Source: an uncultured Saprospiraceae bacterium
GTDB lineage: Bacteria; Bacteroidota; Bacteroidia; Chitinophagales; Saprospiraceae
Reading direction: 5' to 3'
Assembly: GCA_942492005.1 (NCBI GenBank)
Contig: CALOED010000303.1
Location: 9,823-73,822 of the forward strand
DNA length: 64,000 nucleotides
Under the pieces are notes generated by a model that was not told the origin of the DNA, ran no database searches, and was given only the letters and a program-made list of their open reading frames with translations. Both the position numbers and the translations under genes were made by a program. Below, in pieces: positions 59,176 through 64,000 of the stretch (within the stretch, counting starts at the first letter, position 1; each line of letters begins with the position of its first letter).

Positions 59176-61116
59176 TTACTTCTTCTTTTTACCGTCTTTA
59201 TTACTACGTCGAGATTTACGTTCTTCAATTGTCGTTTTCGATTTTTCATTCGAACGTTGCTTTTGGACTTCTTGCTGCTGCTTCATGGCTTCTTGCAGTC
59301 GAGCTTGAAAACCCGTTGTCTTTTTGGGTTTCTTTCGATTGGACTCCAAGAGTTCTTCTATTTTCTTTTTATCAATGAGCCAGTTTTTGGTCACGATAGT
59401 TTGAGTGATGTTGAACAAGTTACTAAATAGCAAATAACAAGTCAAACCCGATGCAAAGCTATTAAAGAAGAAAATAAACATAATCGGCATGAAATATTGA
59501 ACGTATTTCATAGCAGGATTAGGCATAGTCATGTGTTTGGTATTGTAATAAGTATATACCAAAGTAGTGACAGCCCAAAGAATGGTAAACAAACTGATGT
59601 GGTCAAACTGAATCATGCTCAGAAGCGGCACATCGCCAAACGTCCAAATAGAATCGTAAGAAGAAAGGTCATCTGCCCAAAGGAAACCCTCCTGACGGAA
59701 ATCAATAGAGGCAGGGAAGAAGCGATACAAGGCAAACCAAATCGGCATCTGAAACAACATAGGGAAACAACCTCCGAGCGGATTCACGCCCGTCTCTCGA
59801 TAAAGACTCATTTGCTCCGCAGAATATGCTTGTTGGTCGTCGCCTGTTTTTTCTTTTATTTTTTCAAGTTGCGGCTTGAGTGCGCCCATTTTTGCTTGCG
59901 AATAGAGCATTCTATAAGTCAAAGGATACAAAGCAAATTTGATAATGAGTGTCAAAATCAAAATCACAATACCCATGCTGCCGATATATCCTGCAAGGAA
60001 GTTGAACAACGGGCGAATCAACCAGCGGTTAATCGTTCCGAAAATTCCCCAACCGAACTCAATGATGTCTTCCATCTTGTTGTCCATCGCACGCAAACGA
60101 TTAAAATCATTAGGCCCGATATACATTTGCATTGGGAAAGTCTCATTCGCACCATGCTGATAAGGAATTTGAAATTCAGCCGTATTTCTTTTAAGGTTTT
60201 CATCCTCTTCTTCGAGGGCATCCGCTTCCACTACGGCACTTGCAAAGTTATTGTTTGCAATAATGGTCGTATTGAAAAACTGCTGCGCACTAGAGACCCA
60301 ATGAACTTCTTTTTCTAAATCTTTCTTTTTATCGCCAATACACGATTGTCCTTTTTCAGGGTAGCGGTAGTGAATACCAGAATATTGACTGCGCTCATAT
60401 TGCGCATTTTTTTCGAGCTTATCTAAGTTATTTTCCCAGTTGAGCTGAAAGGTTTTTTCATAATCAGGAATCACTTTATCCAAACCCACAAAAGAAACAT
60501 CGTAATCCAAAAGATAGTTATCTTTTTCTTTGATGGTGTATTTTTGCTCCAAATAGCGATTATTACCAGCACTGGCAGTAAATGTAACCGTATTGCCTTT
60601 TAGCTGTGGCTCAAAGTACAAATCACTGGTTTTTACCGTTCCTTTAGTCGTATTGGCTATCGGAATGATGTATTCAAACTTATCTGCCTTGTCTTCCAGC
60701 AATTTCAACTCTACTTTCACGAAAGTATTATCTTCTTGCTTCACGAATTTTTTATAATTCTTCAGCCATACTTCCTTGATTCTTGCGCCTTTAGTAGAAA
60801 AAGTAATTTTCATTACTTCATTCTCTAGCGTAATATCTTTTGCTTCGCCCGTAGCTGATGGCGTAAATGCGCCAAAATCCTTTGATAACAACTTATTCTT
60901 AGTCGAGTCGGCTATTGTTGTATCTTGAGCAATAGGCACTACAGGTGCTTGCTGTTCAATGATTTTACTCGTCGTATCTACATTTTTCAACGCTTCGATA
61001 GAGTCCTGACGGGCTTGCATCTCTTTCAACTCTGCCTCTGACGGGCTAGTAAAATAACTCCATCCTATCAACAGCAAAAAAATAAGCCCAAATCCTATTA
61101 TCTGATTCCTATCCAT
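59176..61116 (-). CDS. yidC: membrane protein insertase YidC (long Bacteroidota form)
   Basis: 646 aa with an N-terminal TM helix, a large periplasmic domain, the conserved 5-TM core (...GCFPMLFQMPIWFALY...) and a basic C-terminal tail. Confidence 0.85.
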   Translation of the reverse strand: MDRNQIIGFGLIFLLLIGWSYFTSPSEAELKEMQARQDSIEALKNVDTTSKIIEQQAPVVPIAQDTTIADSTKNKLLSKDFGAFTPSATGEAKDITLENEVMKITFSTKGARIKEVWLKNYKKFVKQEDNTFVKVELKLLEDKADKFEYIIPIANTTKGTVKTSDLYFEPQLKGNTVTFTASAGNNRYLEQKYTIKEKDNYLLDYDVSFVGLDKVIPDYEKTFQLNWENNLDKLEKNAQYERSQYSGIHYRYPEKGQSCIGDKKKDLEKEVHWVSSAQQFFNTTIIANNNFASAVVEADALEEEDENLKRNTAEFQIPYQHGANETFPMQMYIGPNDFNRLRAMDNKMEDIIEFGWGIFGTINRWLIRPLFNFLAGYIGSMGIVILILTLIIKFALYPLTYRMLYSQAKMGALKPQLEKIKEKTGDDQQAYSAEQMSLYRETGVNPLGGCFPMLFQMPIWFALYRFFPASIDFRQEGFLWADDLSSYDSIWTFGDVPLLSMIQFDHISLFTILWAVTTLVYTYYNTKHMTMPNPAMKYVQYFMPIMFIFFFNSFASGLTCYLLFSNLFNITQTIVTKNWLIDKKKIEELLESNRKKPKKTTGFQARLQEAMKQQQEVQKQRSNEKSKTTIEERKSRRSNKDGKKKK

Positions 61117-61442
61117 AATTCTAATAAGTAAACCTGCCTTTTGGAGGCAGATAAGAAAATGAATGAATAAAAAAACACTTCATCACCCAATTCTCAAACT
61201 TCTTTGTACTAAAAATGTTTTTTATAATAATTAGAATGTTTTCCCAAAAAAAACGGCTTCTGATTGATTGCCAATGGGTTATTTAACATTCATTATTAAA
61301 TCGGCTGCAAAGGTACAAATTTGTACTCTGAACTAAAATTATAAATACAAATCAAATCTTTGTTTAGACGAAGTAATCGTATTTTAATAGTTGAACAGTT
61401 TTTTTTTAGCTTTGCGGCTTATTAAAAAATCAGAAGAAATAG

Positions 61443-61961
61443 ATGGAAGCAAAAAGAGTAAGCGAGTCATTCACCATAATGACAGAAATGATAATGCCTA
61501 ACGATACGAACCCTTTGGGGAATTTGATGGGCGGCAATCTGATGAGATGGATGGATATAGCGGCAGGAATTTGCGCGGGCAGACATTGCGAGTCCTATGT
61601 AGTAACGGTTTCGGTGGATAATGTTTCTTTTGAGCATCCTATTCATGTAGGCGATGTCATTACGCTGCAAGCCTGTGTAACCAGAGCTTTTCGGACTTCC
61701 GTTGAGATTTATGTAGAAGTATTGGCTTCGGATGCGCTCGGCAAAAACGCCCGAAAATGCAACGATGCTTACTTAACTTTCGTAGCATTGGACGAAAAAA
61801 AGAAAAAACCCATACCTGCGCCGCCCGTCCTTGCTCTTTCGGGAGAAGAACAAAAAAGGTACAATAATGCCCTAAGACGAAGAGAATTGAGATTGCTATT
61901 AAGCGGAAGAATAGAAGTGAGTGAAGCCAAACATATCAAAGAACTCTTTGAACCCAAATAA
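61443..61961 (+). CDS. acyl-CoA thioesterase (hotdog fold, YciA/BFIT-like)
   Basis: 172 aa with PNDTNPLGNLMGGNLMRWMD and VSVDNVSFEHPIHVGD motifs. Confidence 0.8.
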   Translation: MEAKRVSESFTIMTEMIMPNDTNPLGNLMGGNLMRWMDIAAGICAGRHCESYVVTVSVDNVSFEHPIHVGDVITLQACVTRAFRTSVEIYVEVLASDALGKNARKCNDAYLTFVALDEKKKKPIPAPPVLALSGEEQKRYNNALRRRELRLLLSGRIEVSEAKHIKELFEPK

Positions 61962-62098
61962 GAATATTTTCTGTTTTCATTGAAAATCCGTACATTTAGT
62001 ACGTCCAAAAAATAAGTTACTTAGCAATCATTGAAAATTTGAATTATTATTAGAACACTCAATTTTTACAAATAATCACTTTTATAAAAAACCAGACA

Positions 62099-62488
62099 AT
62101 GAAAGATATAATAGACTTAATCGGACGGATATTTATATCCAGTATATTTTTATATCAAGCGGTGGTGAATATTTTAGAGGTCGTTTCTGTCAAAAATGAA
62201 ATGATTGAATACAATGTCAATCGGATTAATTTCCTTTTTGCCATGGGAATCGTTTTGATGATTTTGGGCGGACTATCAGTATTGGTAGGGTACCGTGCAA
62301 AACTTGGCGCATTGCTACTTTTAATCTTTCTGATACCGAGTACACTGACTTATTACTTCGATTTTTCGGACGAACTGCAGCAGCAAATGTTTATCCGAAA
62401 CATTGCGATTATTGGCGGTTTGCTGATGATAGTAGCCAATGGTAGCGGAAAATATAGCATCAAAAGAATATTGGCAGGTGTGCGATAA
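62099..62488 (+). CDS. DoxX family membrane protein
   Basis: 129 aa with four hydrophobic segments and a DoxX-like layout. Confidence 0.6.
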   Translation: MKDIIDLIGRIFISSIFLYQAVVNILEVVSVKNEMIEYNVNRINFLFAMGIVLMILGGLSVLVGYRAKLGALLLLIFLIPSTLTYYFDFSDELQQQMFIRNIAIIGGLLMIVANGSGKYSIKRILAGVR

Positions 62489-62550
62489 AAATTCGTATTA
62501 CTTGAAAAAACAACTTGAAGTAAAACGTTTAAAAAATCCTATTCATAAGA

Positions 62551-62603
62551 GTAGAAAAAGATAACCCGTTAGATGGGGACATTATCTTTTTCTACTTTTT
62601 TTG
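62551..62603 (+). terminator. intrinsic terminator
   Basis: GTAGAAAAAGATAA-loop-TTATCTTTTTCTAC followed by TTTTTTT. Confidence 0.7.
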
Positions 62604-62620
62604 TGTAAAAACCAAACCAA

Positions 62621-64000
62621 ATGAAACGAATCCAACTCCTCATCATTTTTATCATTCTAAGCATTTCAGCTTGCCAAAACACAACAATCAAACACACACC
62701 TTCGCCCGACTGGCAAGACCAAATCATCTATTTTATGATGACTGACCGCTTCTACGACGGCAACTCTGATAATAATGACCAAGGCGCAAACGAATATGAC
62801 CCAAATGACCCCATAAAATTTCAAGGCGGCGATATTAGCGGCATTCAACAGCAGTTGGGCTATTTGGAAAAGCTAGGCGTGACGGGCGTTTGGATGACTC
62901 CGACGGTGCTAAATCAGTGGTGGAATCCAGATAAAAACTTTACAGGCTATCACGGCTATTGGGCGGCAGATTTTAAAAAAATGGACCCGCATTTTGGGAC
63001 GCTAGCCGAATATCAATCGCTTTCCAAAGCCTTGCACCAGCGAGGAATGTATTTGGTGCAAGACATCGTAGTGAACCATACGGGCAATTTTTTTCGATAC
63101 GAAGGCGGTTACAATCCCGATAGTATTGGCGCATTTTATAAAAACTATGGTGCGCCTACTCAGCCGCCTTTTGATTTGAATAATCCGAATAATCCAGCGC
63201 ATCGAAAAGCCAATATTTATCATTTTACGCCGCCGATTAATAACTTTTCGGATAGCTTGCAACGCTTGCGTTATGAGTTAGCTGATTTGGATGATTTGAA
63301 CACAGAAAATCCTTTGGTGCGAAAAGCATTGGGCGAATCTTTTCGATATTGGATAGAACAAGCGGATGTGGATGCTTTTCGTTTTGATACGCCGCTTTAT
63401 GTAGAAAACGATTTTTTTTATCACTTTTTGCACAACACCGATACGGCTAATTTAGGAATTTATCCTTTTGCGAAGCAGTTGGGCAAAGATGGTTTTTATA
63501 CGTTTGGCGAAACATGGGTGCAGACGCAACCCTTTTCGGATAAAGGCGAAAAACAAGCGGCAAAATACCTCGGCACAAAAGAAAAACCTGAAATGGATGC
63601 GGTGCTGAATTTTCCATTACAGCAAGAACTCGACCGAGTGCTAACAGGCAGTCACTCCACCGATAACCTGACCTATCGCCTCGAATTATTACAAAAATTA
63701 TTTCCCAAAAACACAGCACTCGTCAATTTTATTGACAATCACGATATGGCTCGTTTTCGTTCCAAAGGTTCGGAAGCTGCTTATCAGCAAGCCATGTTGA
63801 TGATAATGTCTATTCCGGGCGTGCCAGTGATTTATCAAGGCACAGAGCAAGGCATGAAAGAGACTCGGGAAAATATGTTTGATAAATTGAATAGCGAAAC
63901 GGAAACTTTCAAGTTTGTACAAAAATTATGTGATTTTAGAAAAAGCGAACCTGCTACCCGACGTGGAAAACTGGAAGTATTGGCAGATTCGAGGACTTGC
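62621..64000 (+). CDS. alpha-amylase family (GH13) glycoside hydrolase, 5' part (runs off the window)
   Basis: This ORF is not in the track because no stop is reached. My translation from the ATG at 62621 is MKRIQLLIIFIILSISACQ...IYFMMTDRFYDGN...GYHGYWA...LVQDIVVNHTG...FRFDT..., open to base 64000. Confidence 0.8.
   Translation, partial: MKRIQLLIIFIILSISACQNTTIKHTPSPDWQDQIIYFMMTDRFYDGNSDNNDQGANEYDPNDPIKFQGGDISGIQQQLGYLEKLGVTGVWMTPTVLNQWWNPDKNFTGYHGYWAADFKKMDPHFGTLAEYQSLSKALHQRGMYLVQDIVVNHTGNFFRYEGGYNPDSIGAFYKNYGAPTQPPFDLNNPNNPAHRKANIYHFTPPINNFSDSLQRLRYELADLDDLNTENPLVRKALGESFRYWIEQADVDAFRFDTPLYVENDFFYHFLHNTDTANLGIYPFAKQLGKDGFYTFGETWVQTQPFSDKGEKQAAKYLGTKEKPEMDAVLNFPLQQELDRVLTGSHSTDNLTYRLELLQKLFPKNTALVNFIDNHDMARFRSKGSEAAYQQAMLMIMSIPGVPVIYQGTEQGMKETRENMFDKLNSETETFKFVQKLCDFRKSEPATRRGKLEVLADSRTC

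Noticed and set aside
1-64000. tRNA, rRNA, tmRNA, RNase P, reverse transcriptase (retron/DGR) and cas genes
   Set aside because: I scanned the intergenic regions by eye and found no cloverleaf-compatible GTTCGAAT-type T-arms with matching acceptor stems. No ORF has RT or Cas motifs. A tRNAscan/Infernal run would be needed for certainty.

Overview
This window looks like a Bacteroidota chromosome segment: it has T9SS C-terminal sorting domains, a CarboxypepD_reg-type TonB-dependent receptor, a long YidC, and a Rho with a charged N-terminal insertion. Most of it is housekeeping: rho, serS, aroA, fbp, rluD, lipB, yidC, and a TetR-headed beta-oxidation operon (acyl-CoA dehydrogenase, thiolase, FadB-like). 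There are also transporters and secreted enzymes. No rRNA, tRNA or CRISPR array was found by eye.

Three things stand out:
1. **Accessory island (about 43.9-51.4 kb).** It is AT-rich, all genes are on the + strand, and it starts at a decayed tyrosine-recombinase gene. Genes are separated by non-terminator imperfect palindromes with RYYYAAC/GTTRRRY-like ends, which suggests an integron-type cassette array. It also holds a 266-bp direct repeat pair, a translationally coupled two-gene module of unknown function, and a tightly coupled radical SAM / radical SAM-SPASM / GT2 operon.
2. **Tandem array in the fad operon (28301-29162).** 4.9 copies of a 175/177-bp hairpin-forming unit sit inside the operon.
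3. **Interrupted genes.** Six otherwise intact-looking genes (rho, hutH-like, lipB, PAD-like, hybrid kinase, ceo-like) carry single-base frameshifts or in-frame stops. This is either under-polished assembly or real gene decay.

All functional calls rest on motif and family recognition by eye. No searches were run.
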